64,000 nt of DNA from the human T2T-CHM13v2.0 reference genome, Homo sapiens. Made by a program: the position numbers and the translations under genes. Positions 46,290-58,664 of the stretch are shown piece after piece (position 1 is the first letter of the stretch; every line of letters starts with the position of its first letter). The stretch lies in assembly GCF_009914755.1 (NCBI RefSeq), contig NC_060928.1; one strand, given 5' to 3'. The notes beneath the pieces are model-generated. The model was given only the letters and a program-made list of their open reading frames with translations, was not told the DNA's origin and made no database searches.

Positions 46290-46577
46290 TCAAACTAATG
46301 CAGGAACAGAAAACCAAATACCACATGTTCTCACTTATAAGTGGGATCTAAATGATGAGAACACATGGACACAAAGAGGGGAGTAACACACACTGGGGCC
46401 TGCTTGAGGGTGCAGGATGGGAGGAGGGAAAGGATAAGAAAAAATAACTACTGGGTACTAGGCTTAGTACCTGGGTGACAAAATAATCTGTACGACAAAC
46501 CCCTGTGACAGGTGTTTACCTCTATAACAAACCTGCATATGTACCCCTGAACCTAAAATAAAAGTTTTTTTAAAAAG
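46290..46577 (+). mobile_element. L1PA13-16-type 3' end fragment
   Basis: atgttctcacttataagtggg..gggtactaggcttagtacctgggtga..cccctgaacctaaaataaaagt. Confidence 0.85.
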
Positions 46578-47496
46578 AGTAATATAATTGTTTGTAAATT
46601 TTGTTGAATTTTTTTCAGCCTTCAAACTATGGACAGGAATAATGGAGGTTAATCTGCATGAGCTAAAAGTCCATTACCAAGGTGTGCAGTTTAGCAGGAC
46701 TGCAAGGGGCAGAGAGAACAGATTATATCACAATATTAAATAGCATAAAATTATAGCCATCTTGGTATGATTTAGATATGTTTCTTCTGATATAGAGAAA
46801 ACACAGAAAAATGCTTATGATATAGGTTTGTTTTAATGAATTAGAATGAAATTAGAATGGCATTATATATGTTATTAAATTATTTTTATTAATTTGATAT
46901 GTGTCCTGGTAGCTCCATAGAGTGTATAATTTAGAATGATGTTCTTCAATCTATTCAGTCTGGCAAGCAGTTATGTTTAAAACCTGAAGTTTACTGAGAT
47001 GGAGTTAACATTTATGGCATTAGCTTTAATTGAGGATCTGTGAAAAAACGCCGTATTCTAGAGGGCTGTTGACCATTTTATCTATCACCTTTCAAGGTTC
47101 TATTCTTCATTTGGACATTATGAAAATTTTTTTTAGAAATTTATTCTAGAAATAGCTTTGTTTTTTCTAAGAAATTGGGAGTATTTTCTTATAAAACATG
47201 AAAACCACGTGCCATGTGTCTGGACTTATTTTCCTTTAGTGGTCAGAAATCCTAGAACAAAATTTTAGCCCTTATTTTGAATCTGGGTGGATTCTTATGA
47301 GACATGCATTTATAGACATATATATTTTTGTTTTACTTTCCTATTTAATTTGTATTTTGCTTTTTCTCAATTTATATATATATATAAAACACAAATAAAA
47401 TATGTAGTTTAATAAAATGATAATTGGCAACTATTTTGTGTTTTCTTTTTCCTGGTATATAAATATAATCTTTATATATGAGATTGATGTGCATAT

Positions 47497-47547
47497 ATGT
47501 GTGTGTGTGTGTGTATATATATATATACATATATACATACATACACA
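47497..47547. repeat. (TG)n(TA)n(TACA)n compound microsatellite
   Basis: Directly visible. Confidence 0.85.
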
Positions 47548-48469
47548 TTTTACTGTTTTACTGCATGTAATTCGTGGAGCCATGTAAAATTTATTGATTA
47601 AGGTGAGGCATAAATAAAATAACCAAGTGCTAATTTATTTGGTATTTACTAAATAACTGTATATGCATAGCTTAGTTCCAGGGGAAAAATGCCTGCAACA
47701 GATAATTCCCGATTCCAATACCTTAAAATCCTAGTGGGGGAAAATGGATATAAACCAGTTCAGTAACTAAGCCATAGATAAGCAAATATGGCAATATAGC
47801 AATTAATGTGTAGGTAGTAAATTGTACAGATGATTACAAGAGGGCCAGATAAATTAAATCTAAGATTTTCTGGAAAATGAAACCCTTCATGGTAGAAGGA
47901 TAGAAATCATTTGGCTAGATAGGGAAAAAAGAAAAATGCATTTAGGTAGAGAAAATAGAACAGAACAGGATTAGGGATAAACCTGAACCAGGTGTGTTTG
48001 GGGGACAATAAGGAGATGAGTATCTCTCAATTGTAGAACAATGGGAGAAAAGTCACATAAATAGATTGAGGTTATGTTGCGGAGCCCCCAAGGAATAACT
48101 GAAGGCATGAGATAGAAGAATGTCATAACAAAATAGTCACTATTGTTACCATTACTGATATAGAAAGACTTCTTTCTTTTTCTCATGTATATAGTAAGTA
48201 GGAGTTGGAAGAGATTGGAAGCCATAGATTGGTTTTGCTTATAGTGTTGGTCTAGGTGATTGTGAAATTTCAAGATGTAATGAACTGCTTAAATAGAAAA
48301 TTGATTTTTTTCATAGCATTTCAATCCACAAAAAAAAAAAAAAAAGAAAAGAAGGAAAAAAAGGGAAAAAAGAAAATTTTTTTAAAAAAGGAAGGACAAG
48401 AATCTGGCTCTGTACAGGCTAGACGAGATCATGATGAATTTGGATCTCCTTTCTTGTCAATAGCAATAA

Positions 48470-48800
<331 letters not shown>

Positions 48801-49329
48801 TATACTTTCTTAACTTTTAATCTTGTTTATATAATTGTCAGATTTATTATATGTGGTTATTATTTTTTAATGCTGCAAATAACTTTTTCATGCAGCTGAG
48901 TAAAATAATTTTTAATTTAAAAAGAATATACTAGAATAATGTAATGATGTGTAATTCTCAGTCATTTACAAACCATTGTCATGGTTTCTGCTATTTGCAT
49001 GCAATCCACTATTATTTACTAAATATTGAATTTTAAAATCAACCTTTGTTAACTCAAATTTTATTAAAAAGGAAACTTATACTACTGTTGAGGAAAACAG
49101 TATAATTGTTAAAGGAAGAATACAACTGTTAAAATATAGATTAAACATGGTTTTAAAATTAAAATGAGAATAACTATAAAATATAAGCAATATTAGTTCT
49201 CAAAAATTTTGCCAACTTTTGTCCTGAAGATATTGATTGGTGAGGTGAATGGGGCTGTTTAATGCTCAGTTTATAATAAAGAAATATTTAGGTTGGTTGG
49301 GTTGAGAAGAAGGCAAGTTTTCAAGGTGA

Positions 49330-50100
49330 AAAAATTGATTCTGTGTTTTAGCTTTAATGGGAATTCCAGCTCAATGGAACAGATAGTTGGAAAGAACTGA
49401 AACTATTTAACTGCCTTATTAGTTAGGATTTAATATTGAGAATTAATTTTCAAAGAAAATGATGCAAATGACCTTTCAAAACAAATTTTGTTTGATTAAA
49501 TCATCTGATGCAACTCTTCTGTCTGTTCAGTTTCTCAACAGATCAAGTTTTGGAAAATAAATGACAGTAATGGCAAATTTTTCCGTCTTCATAAATTGCT
49601 ATTATCTGGTTTGGAAAATATTACTACAGGTCATTTATACCATCTTTCAAGTGCCTCTGTACAATGTTCATAATATATTTAGTGAATTATTCATATGAGT
49701 TCCTTAACAAGCCGTTTAGACACCAAATATCCAAGCCCACTCAATAAAGTGATGCACTTTATAGCTCTAGTTTCTCTTATTCCATTTACGAGTTCTCGCA
49801 CACAGAATGCTGACATAAGCCTCTCTTGTAAGAATAACTAAATTGTTCAAATGGCAAATATATCTGTAGTATATGCATATTAGCAGAGCCAGTGGCAGTC
49901 ATAGAAAACACCTTGAATTGACATTTTTCTTCAGAAAGACTTAATGTTCATCTTAAAATTCAAAGAGATGAATGAGAATGCCTCTACATAAAAGCCAATG
50001 AGCCCCGGTATGAAATAGCAGTCATATTGACTGTTCTCTTCATAAAGCTGAGAAACAAGTTGGGATTCAGTGATCCATCCTTAAATTGACTTGATGGTTT
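49330..50100 (-). mobile_element. Degenerate hAT (Charlie-like) transposase coding relic
   Basis: Minus strand ttccaactatctgttccattgagctggaattcccattaaagctaaaacacagaatcaa gives, across frameshifts, FPT..E.G...IKAK/KHR-like text resembling the hAT dimerisation motif; upstream YFP-like segment. Confidence 0.45.
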
Positions 50101-50129
50101 TAGTAGTTTCACTGAGTGTACTCTCTGGG

Positions 50130-50360
50130 GCCTGTATGATTTTGTACCCTGGCTCTATTAGCAGGATCCTATCTTACTAGCTGTGAAAACTTGGGCAAGT
50201 TTCCATTTCTGTGCCTGTTATCTCATTTGTAAAATATTGATAATATTATCTAACCTGAAGACTTGTTAGAAGGATTAAATATATAGATAAATATTAAGCT
50301 TTCAGAACAGTATTTGACATATAGTCTTGCATAAAATATTTGACATACAGTTTTTTATAA
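50130..50360 (+). mobile_element. MIR
   Basis: cttactagctgtgaaaacttgggcaagtt..tctgtgcctgttatctcatttgtaaaat MIR core. Confidence 0.75.
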
Positions 50361-50414
50361 GTGTTTGTAGTTTTTGTTTTAATTATTGTTTTCATTTATT
50401 CTTAAAACATCATT

Positions 50415-50815
50415 TGTTATGGACTGACTTGTGTCCCTTGCCCTCCCCCAAATTCTTATGTTGAAACCCTAACTCCCAGTGTGATTATATTGTGAGATAG
50501 GGCCTTTAGTAAGGTAAGGAAGGTTAAATGAGCTCATTAGGATGGGGCCCTAATTCCATAAGACTAGTGTCCTTATAAGAAGACGAGGAGACATCAGAAA
50601 TGCCTCTCTCTGCACATGTACAAAGGAAAGGCCATGTGAGGACACAGTGAGAAGATAACTGTCTACAAGCCAGGAAGACAGCATTTTACAGAAACCGATT
50701 TGCTTCCACCTTGATCATGGACTTCTAAACTCCAGAACTGTGAGAAAATAAACCTCTGTTGTTTAAGCCACCCAATTTGTGGTATTTTGTTAAGGCAGTC
50801 TTGCAGACTAACACA
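50415..50815 (+). mobile_element. MLT1A/B LTR
   Basis: tgttatggactga..ggccatgtgaggacacagtgagaag..ctccagaactgtgagaaaataaa. Confidence 0.85.
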
Positions 50816-51267
50816 CTATTTTGAAGATTGAGGCTTCCTTGTGTATACAACAGTAGGTAGATTTTTTTTTCACAAGTGACATTTCTATGTATTAAAACAA
50901 TATAAAATAAAACACATGTTGATTAAAACACACTACTAAGAATCAATACATAGGGTCTATGTAATTTGAACGCTCTATTTTTTTTCTTTCAAATAGGAAT
51001 GGGAGACAGATTATCAAAAGTTTTGATAAAATTGACCATGATACAATAATTTAAGCACTTTATGTAGGTAGACTTTACAGAACTTTAGGAACACCTGATG
51101 CATTATTTGAAACATACTCTATTGCTCCAATTATCTATACTTTATTATTATATTTTTTTCTAATGGTTTAATATATTATACATTTTGATTTATAAAGTGA
51201 GTTAAAGATTACTATGGCATACATTTTATTTTATTCTTGAGGCATATATTAGGCCCATGAAGTATAC

Positions 51268-51348
51268 CTAACTTGAGAGGACACAAGCACAGCAGGCTTA
51301 GAACTTGGGAAGAGCTCCTTCATCTCCATTTTATATCCTTTTCCTTTT
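51268..51348 (-). other. Candidate exon (81 nt)
   Basis: Poly(T)-aag acceptor and TAG|gtatac donor; only the phase-2 frame is open (KGKGYKMEMKELFPSSKPAVLVSSQV). Confidence 0.25.
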
Positions 51349-51892
51349 CTTAAAAAAAAAAGGTACAATAATAAGAAAAAAGTATTTAACGTATTTTGGT
51401 CATTGATAAAGAGATTATTCTTTGAGAACCTAGTGTATGTCATGTACTGAGTCAGGAACTGAAAATATAAAGATAAATTAGCAATATTTATCTCTTTTGG
51501 ACCACTTGTCACAGTTTAACCTGGTCACATTTTTAGTAATGTTATTAGGATACTTTAAATTATATCTGAGGTTAATTGTTTTGTGTTGGAGTTTATACAT
51601 TTTTAGTCTTCTTCCACCCACTCTGTAGCATTTTAATGAGTAACCAGTTGGTGAAAAGAGATCACACTTACATACAGCTGGTAGAAGTTATTGATTTACC
51701 GGACCAAGGGTCCAGAAAATTAACAAGGGTGAGTTGGAGAAATGCAGTTGATGAGCATTTCTTGGCTTAACTTTCCAGAAATGTTAGCTCACTTGTGTGT
51801 GCATCTTCTGGTGAGCCACTCTACATATGTAGGGTCTTGTTAGAATTGGAAAAACATATAAGTTATTCTTAATTGGTACTTCGGTCTCACCC

Positions 51893-52030
51893 AGTGGAGT
51901 GCTGAAGCCAGTTCATACTAGCTTGTGAGAAAAAACTGTTATAATTTTAGGAAGTATCTGAGCCAGTAAACGCAGCCATACTAAAAAGACAAATTATGTA
52001 AAATTACAAAAATAAGTTATATTAAAATAT
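51893..52030. mobile_element. MER63-like hAT fragment
   Basis: cagtggagtgctgaagccagttcatactagcttgtgaga..aattttaggaa.. resembles the MER63 terminus. Confidence 0.6.
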
Positions 52031-54111
52031 TATTTTAGTCACAAAGAGTTGAGAAAATTAATATACAGTTATTTTTACCATATATTCCCAATACAGTGGA
52101 ATTACTGTGTATTTTGACAAAATACTTCTATCTTACACTACGTTTTCAATAAATTTACCAAACTCTTGGAACTACAGAGCTACCTCATCTAATGTATGGA
52201 AAATATCTACCATAAAACTGAATGAGCAAAGCTGTCCTCACTGTCAAACCAACCATTGCAATCAGACTTTTTATTAGATGAAATCTGATTCTGTTTTCAA
52301 TAAAGAGAAGTATATTAATATGCACTTGAAAACATATTTTAAAATCCTGAGAAATAATTATTGGATACAACTAATAATAATATAGTACAAGCAGAGAGGT
52401 AAAGCAAACTGGCAGAATAGAAAGCTCCACTGATTGTCTACCCTGCAAAGACACCAAGTTAACAACTATCTATGCAGATAAAACACCCTCATAAGAACCA
52501 CAAAGCAGGTGAGCATTCATAGTTTTAACTTCATACTGCTGAAAGAGGCACTGAAAACAGAGAAAAAGCAGTCCTGAATCACAGACGCCAGTCCTTCCCT
52601 ATCCCCAGCAGCAGAAGTTGGGTGAGGAGAGCTTATCTGTGAGCTGGGGGCGGGGGAGGGAAACACAGCAATTGTGAGACATTGAACTCAGTGCTCTGCT
52701 GTTACAGCAGAAAGGAAAACCGGCTCAAACTGAGCTGATGCCTGCCCATGGAGGCAGTATTTAAAGCAGCCCTAGCCAGAGGGCAATCACTGTTCTCAGA
52801 GGTCAAATTTGAGTGCCTGCAATCCTTGCCACTGAGGGCTACAGTGATCTGAGTCTTCATATAAACTTGAAAGGCAGTCTAGGCCACAAGGACTGCAACT
52901 CTTAGACAAGTCCTGGTGCTAAACTAGGTCTGGAGATAAGGGATTGAGGGGGCACTCAACATACTGAGGTAGTACATGGGGCAGCCAAGAGAGTGCTGAC
53001 ATCACCCCTCCCCTAAACCTAGGGTGCACAGCTCGCAGATCCAAAACAAACCCCCTTTCTCCTGCTTGAGGAGAGGAAAAGGGAGAGTGGGAAGGACTTT
53101 GTCTTGCATCTAGGATACCAGCTCAGCCACAGCAGGATAGGGCACCAATCAGAGTCTTGGGGCCCCCACTCCAGGCCCTAGAAGAAGACTTTTCTTGACA
53201 AACTGGGCCAGAAGGGCCTTAGAGTAAAGGACCAAGTCCTGGCAGAGTTCATCACCTGTTAACTGGGCCCTGAATAAACAGCAGCAATTCCCAGGTACTA
53301 CATCAAGGGCTGCGGATGAGCCACTGAGACTTGCTGGCTTCAGATGAGACTCAGCACATTAACAGCTGTGGTAGCTATGGGGCAAAACTCCTTCTGCTTG
53401 AGAAAAGTAGAGGGAAAAGTAAAAGGGACTTCGTCTTGCACCTTAGGTATCAGCATGGTCACAGAGGGGTAGAGCACTGAGTGGGCTCTTGGGGCCCCTG
53501 ATTCTAGGACTTGACACTTGGACAGCATTTCTGGACCTGTCCTGGGCCAGAGGGGAGCCCACTGCCCTGCAAGGTGAGTCCCAGGCCAGGCAACATTCAC
53601 TGCAAGCTGACTTAAGAGGTCTGGCAGTTCTCCTCATAGCCTGGGCTACCGGGTGAGTCTCCTCTGCCTTTGGAAAGGGGAGCAAAGTAGGGGAAGGACT
53701 GCATCTGGTGGTTTGAGCCAGGTCATCTGCAATACAACAGAACAGGAGGTAGACTTCAAAGGTTTTGACTCTAGTCCCTGACTCTAGGATGGCACTTCTG
53801 GACCCATCTGGGACATGTGGGACCTTGCTGCCCTGAGGGGAAAGACACAGGCCTGAATGGCTATGCCACCTGTTTATTGTGGAGCACTAAGGCCTTGAGT
53901 GAGGTAGGCAGTAGCCAGAGAGTGGTTACAGAAGGCGTTCATGAGACCCAGTGCTGTGCTGGTTTTAGGTCTGACCCAGCACAGTCATAGTTGTGGTGGC
54001 CACAGGGGTGCTTGTGACACTCCATCTCAGCTTTAGATGGCTCAGAATAAATAAAAACACACACTGTGTGTTTGGGAAAAAGTAAGAGAAGAGAATAAAA
54101 GTCTCCGCCTG

Positions 54112-54199
54112 GCAGAGCTTCCAGTGAGCCAAGACCGTGCCACCGCACTCCAGCCTGGGCGACAGAGCGAGACTCTGTCTCACAAAAAAAAAAAAAAAA
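54112..54199 (+). mobile_element. Severely 5'-truncated AluY
   Basis: 15-bp TSD aaaagtctc(c/t)gcctg (54097-54111 and 54196-54210). Confidence 0.9.
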
Positions 54200-55249
54200 G
54201 TCTCTGCCTGATAACTCAGAATTCTCCCAGATCTCATCCAAGATAATGAAAGTGGTACCTATACAAATCTGCAAGAACTACAGCATTACTGGGCTCGGGG
54301 TGCCCCCTAAGGCAGACATAGCTTACATTCCCATACCCAAGTCCTTTCAAATATCTGGAGAGTCTTCCCAAAAAAGATGGCTACAAACAAGCTTAGACAG
54401 TGAAAACCACAATAGATATCTCACTCTTCAGTGCCAAGACACCAAAGAACATCTATTAGCATAAACACCATTGAGGAAAACATGACCTCACCAAATGAAT
54501 TAAATAAGGCACCAGGGACCAATCCTGAAGAAACAGAAATATGTGAACTTTCAGACAGAGAATCAAAATACCTATGTTGAGGAAACTCAAAGAAATTCAA
54601 GATAACACAGAGAAGGAATTCAGAATTCTATCACATAAATTTCACAGACAGGTTTAAATAATTAAAAAGAGTCAAGCAAAGATTCTGGAGAGGAAAAAAA
54701 GCAATTGGCATACTGAAGAATGTATCAGAGTCCTTAAACAGCAGAATTAATTAAGCAGAAGGAAGAATTAGTGAGTTTGAAAACAGGCTATTTGAAAACA
54801 CACAGAGAAGACAAAAGAAAAATGAACAAAAAAGGGTGCCTACACGATATAGGAAATGGCCTCAAAAGGGGAAATCTAAGAGTTAATGGTCTTAAAGAGG
54901 AGATAGAGAAAGAGAGAGGGGCAGAAAGTTTATTCAAAGGGATAATAACAGAGAACTTCCCAAACCCAGAGAAACACATAAATATACAAGTACAAGAAGG
55001 TTATAGAACACCAAGCAGATTTAACCCAAAGAAGACTACCTCAAGGCATTCATATAATTAAACTCTCAAAGGTCCAGGATAAAAAAGGATCCTAAAAGCA
55101 GCAAGAGAAAAGAAAGAAATAACATACAATGGAGCTCCAATACATCCGGCAGCAGACTTTTCAGTGGAAACCTTACAGGCCAGGAGAGACTGGCACGATA
55201 TATTTAAAGTGTTGAAGGAAGAAAACTTTTACTCTAGAATAGTATATCC

Positions 55250-55280
55250 AAAAACAAAACAAAACAAAACAAAACAAAAC
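55250..55280. repeat. (CAAAA)n microsatellite inside the L1MA
   Basis: Directly visible. Confidence 0.9.
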
Positions 55281-57720
55281 ACCCTTAAAACATGAAGGTA
55301 AAATAAAGACTCTGTGAGACAAGCAAAAGCTGAGGGATTTCATCAATACCAGACCTGTCCTACAAGAAGTGCTAAAGGGAGTACTTCAATCAGAAAGAAA
55401 AGGACATTAAAGAGCAGTAAATAACCACCAGATGGTACAAAACTCACTGGTAATAGTAAGTACACAGAAAAACACAGAATATTATAACACTGCAATTGTG
55501 GTATGTAACTTAGCTTATCCCAAGTAGAAAGACTGAATGATTAATCAATCAAAAATAGTAACTACAACAACCTTTCAAGACATAGTCAATAAAATAAGAT
55601 ATAAGTAGAAAAAACAAAATGTTAAAAAGTGGGGGAATGAAGCTAAGGCGAGTTTTTTTAGTTTTATTTTTGCTTGTTTGTTTATGCAAATAGTGTTGAG
55701 TTGTTATCAGGTTAAAAAAACAGGTTACAAGATAGTATTTGTAAGACTCATGGTAACTTCAAACCAATAAACATGCAATGAATACACAAAAAATAAAAAG
55801 CAGGAAGCTAAACCATGTCACAGAGAAAATTATCTTCACTAGGGGAGACAGAAAGGAAAGAAAAAAGATGGAGAAAACCACAAAACAACCAGAAAACAAG
55901 TAACAAAATGGCAGGAGTAAGTCGTTACCTGCCAGTAACAACATTGAATGTAAAGGGTCTAAACTCTCCAATTAAAAGACTTAGACTGGCTGAAAGGATG
56001 AAAAAACAAGACCAGTTGATGTGATGCCTACAGGAAACACACTTTACCTATAAAGACACACATAGAATGAAAACAAAGGAATGGAAAAAGACATTCCATG
56101 ACAATGGAAACCAAAAAAGAGCAGGAGTCACTACACTTATATCAGACAAAATAGATTTCAGGACAAAAACTGTAAGAAAAGAAAAGGTCAAAGGTAACTA
56201 TATAATGATAAAGGGTCAATTCAGCAAAAGGAGATAATAATTTAAAATATATATGCACCCAACACTGGAGCACCCAGATATATAAAGAATATATTATTGG
56301 AGTTAAAGAGAGATATAGGCCTGAATACAATAATAGCTGGAGAGTTCAAAACCCCATTTGCGCAGAAAATCAGACAAAAGCCTCAAACTTAATCTGCACT
56401 ATAGACCAAATGGATCATTTCCTCCAAGAGCTGCAGAATACATATTCTTTTCTTCAGCACGTAGATCATTCTCAATGACAGACTATATGTTAGTCACAAT
56501 ACGGGTCTCAAACATTCAAAGAAATTGAAATAATACAATGCATCCTCTCTGGCCACAGTGGAATAAAACTAGAAATTAATAACAAGAGGAACTTTGGAAA
56601 CTATACAAATAAATGAAAGTTAAACAATATGCTCTTGAATGACCAGTAGGTCAATGAAGAAATTCAGAAGGAAATTGAAAAATTTCTTGAAACATATGAT
56701 AATTGGAAACACAACATACCAAAACTTATGGGATATATCAAAAACAGTACTAACAGGGAAGTTTATAGCTAAATGTGCCTACATCAAACAAGAGAAAAAA
56801 ACTTTAAGTAAACAATCTAACAAAGTACCTTAAGGAACTAGAAAAGCAAGAGCAAACCAAATCCCAAATTAGTAGAAGAAAATAAATAATAAATATCAAA
56901 ACAGAAAGGAATGAAATTGAGATAAAAAATACAAAAGATCAATGAAGCAAAAAGTTGTTCTTTTGAAAAGTTAAACAGAATTGACAAACCTTTAGCCCAA
57001 CTAAGAAAAAAGGGAGATGATCAAAAGAAATAGTATCAGAAATGAAAAAAAAAAGACATTACAAATAATACTGCTGAAATTTATATGATCACTAGTGGCT
57101 ACTATGAGCAATTGTGTGCCAATAAATTTGAAAATCTAGAAGAAATGGACAAATTCCAAGATATATACTACTTACCAAAATTGAACCAGGAAGAAATGTA
57201 AAATCTGAGCAGACCAATAACAAGTAATGAGTTCAAAGCCATAATAAAAATTCTCCCAGTAAAGAAAAGGCTGGGACCTGATGGCTTCACAGCCGAATCC
57301 CACCAAACATTTAAGAACTACTAATATCAGTACTACGCAAACTCTCCCAAAAAAATGGGAAGAGAATACTGCCAAACTGATTCTACAAGTTCAGTATTAC
57401 CCTGATACCAAAACAAGACAAAGATTTATCAAATAAAGAAAATTACAGGCCAATATCTCTGACGAATATTGATTCAAACATTCTCAACAAAATACTAGCA
57501 AACCAAATTCAACAATACATTAGAAAGTTTATTCATCATGATGAAATGGGATTTATCCCTGAGATGGAAGGAAGGTTCATCATATGTAAATCAATCAATA
57601 TGACATTATATTAACAGAATGAAGGATGAAAGCCATATGATCTTTTCAACTGATGCTGAAAAAGCATTCAATAAAATCCAACATTTCTTCAGGATAAAAA
57701 CCCTCAAAAAACTGGATATA

Positions 57721-57912
57721 AATTAGCTGGGCATGGTGGCACATGCCTGTAATCTCAGCTACCTGGGAGGCTAACACAGGAGAATCGCTGGAACCTGGGA
57801 GGCGAGGGCTGTAGTGAGCCAAGATCATGCCACTGCACTTCAGCCTGGGCGACAGAGTGAGACTCCATCTCAAAACAAAAAAGAAAACAAGCAAACAAAA
57901 ACAACAACAAAA
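57721..57912 (+). mobile_element. Alu right-arm insertion
   Basis: TSD aaaa(a/t)actggatata (57706-57720 and 57911-57925). Confidence 0.9.
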
Positions 57913-58664
57913 AATACTGGATATAGAAGGAACTTACCTCAACATAATGAAAGCCATATTCAACAGACCAAATGGGGAAAAACTGAAAGCCTTTCCTCTA
58001 GTATCTGGAACACGAGAAGGATGCCCACTGTCACCACTGTTATTCAACATCGTACTGGAAGTCCTCGCTAGAGCCATCAGGCATGATAATGTTATAAAGG
58101 GAATCCAAATTGGAAATGAAGAAGTAAAATTATCCTTGTTTGTAGATGATATGATCTTGTATTTTGATAAACCTAAAGATTCCACAAGAAAACTATTAGA
58201 ACTAATGAACAAAATCATTAAAGTTGTAGAATACAAAATCAACATACAAAAATTAGTGGCATTTCTACATTCCACAGTGAACAATGTCTCTACAATACAA
58301 ACTATAAAAAAGTAATCCCATTTACAATAGCCAACATACAATTAAATACCTAGGAATTAACAACTAAATAAGTGAAAGATCTCTCCAATACAAACTCTGA
58401 AAGAAATTGAAGAGGACACCAAACACAAAAACAAAACCAAAAAACAAATTCCATGGTCATGGATTGGAAGAATCAATGTAGTTGAAGCATCCATACTACC
58501 CAAAACAATTTACAGATTCAATACAGTCCCTATTAAAATATCAATGACATTCTTCACAGAAGTGGAAAAAAATCATAAAGCTTATGTAGAACTACAAAAA
58601 ATTTAGAAATCTGATCATAAAATGGGCAAAAGATTTGAATGGACATATCTCAAAAGAAGACATG

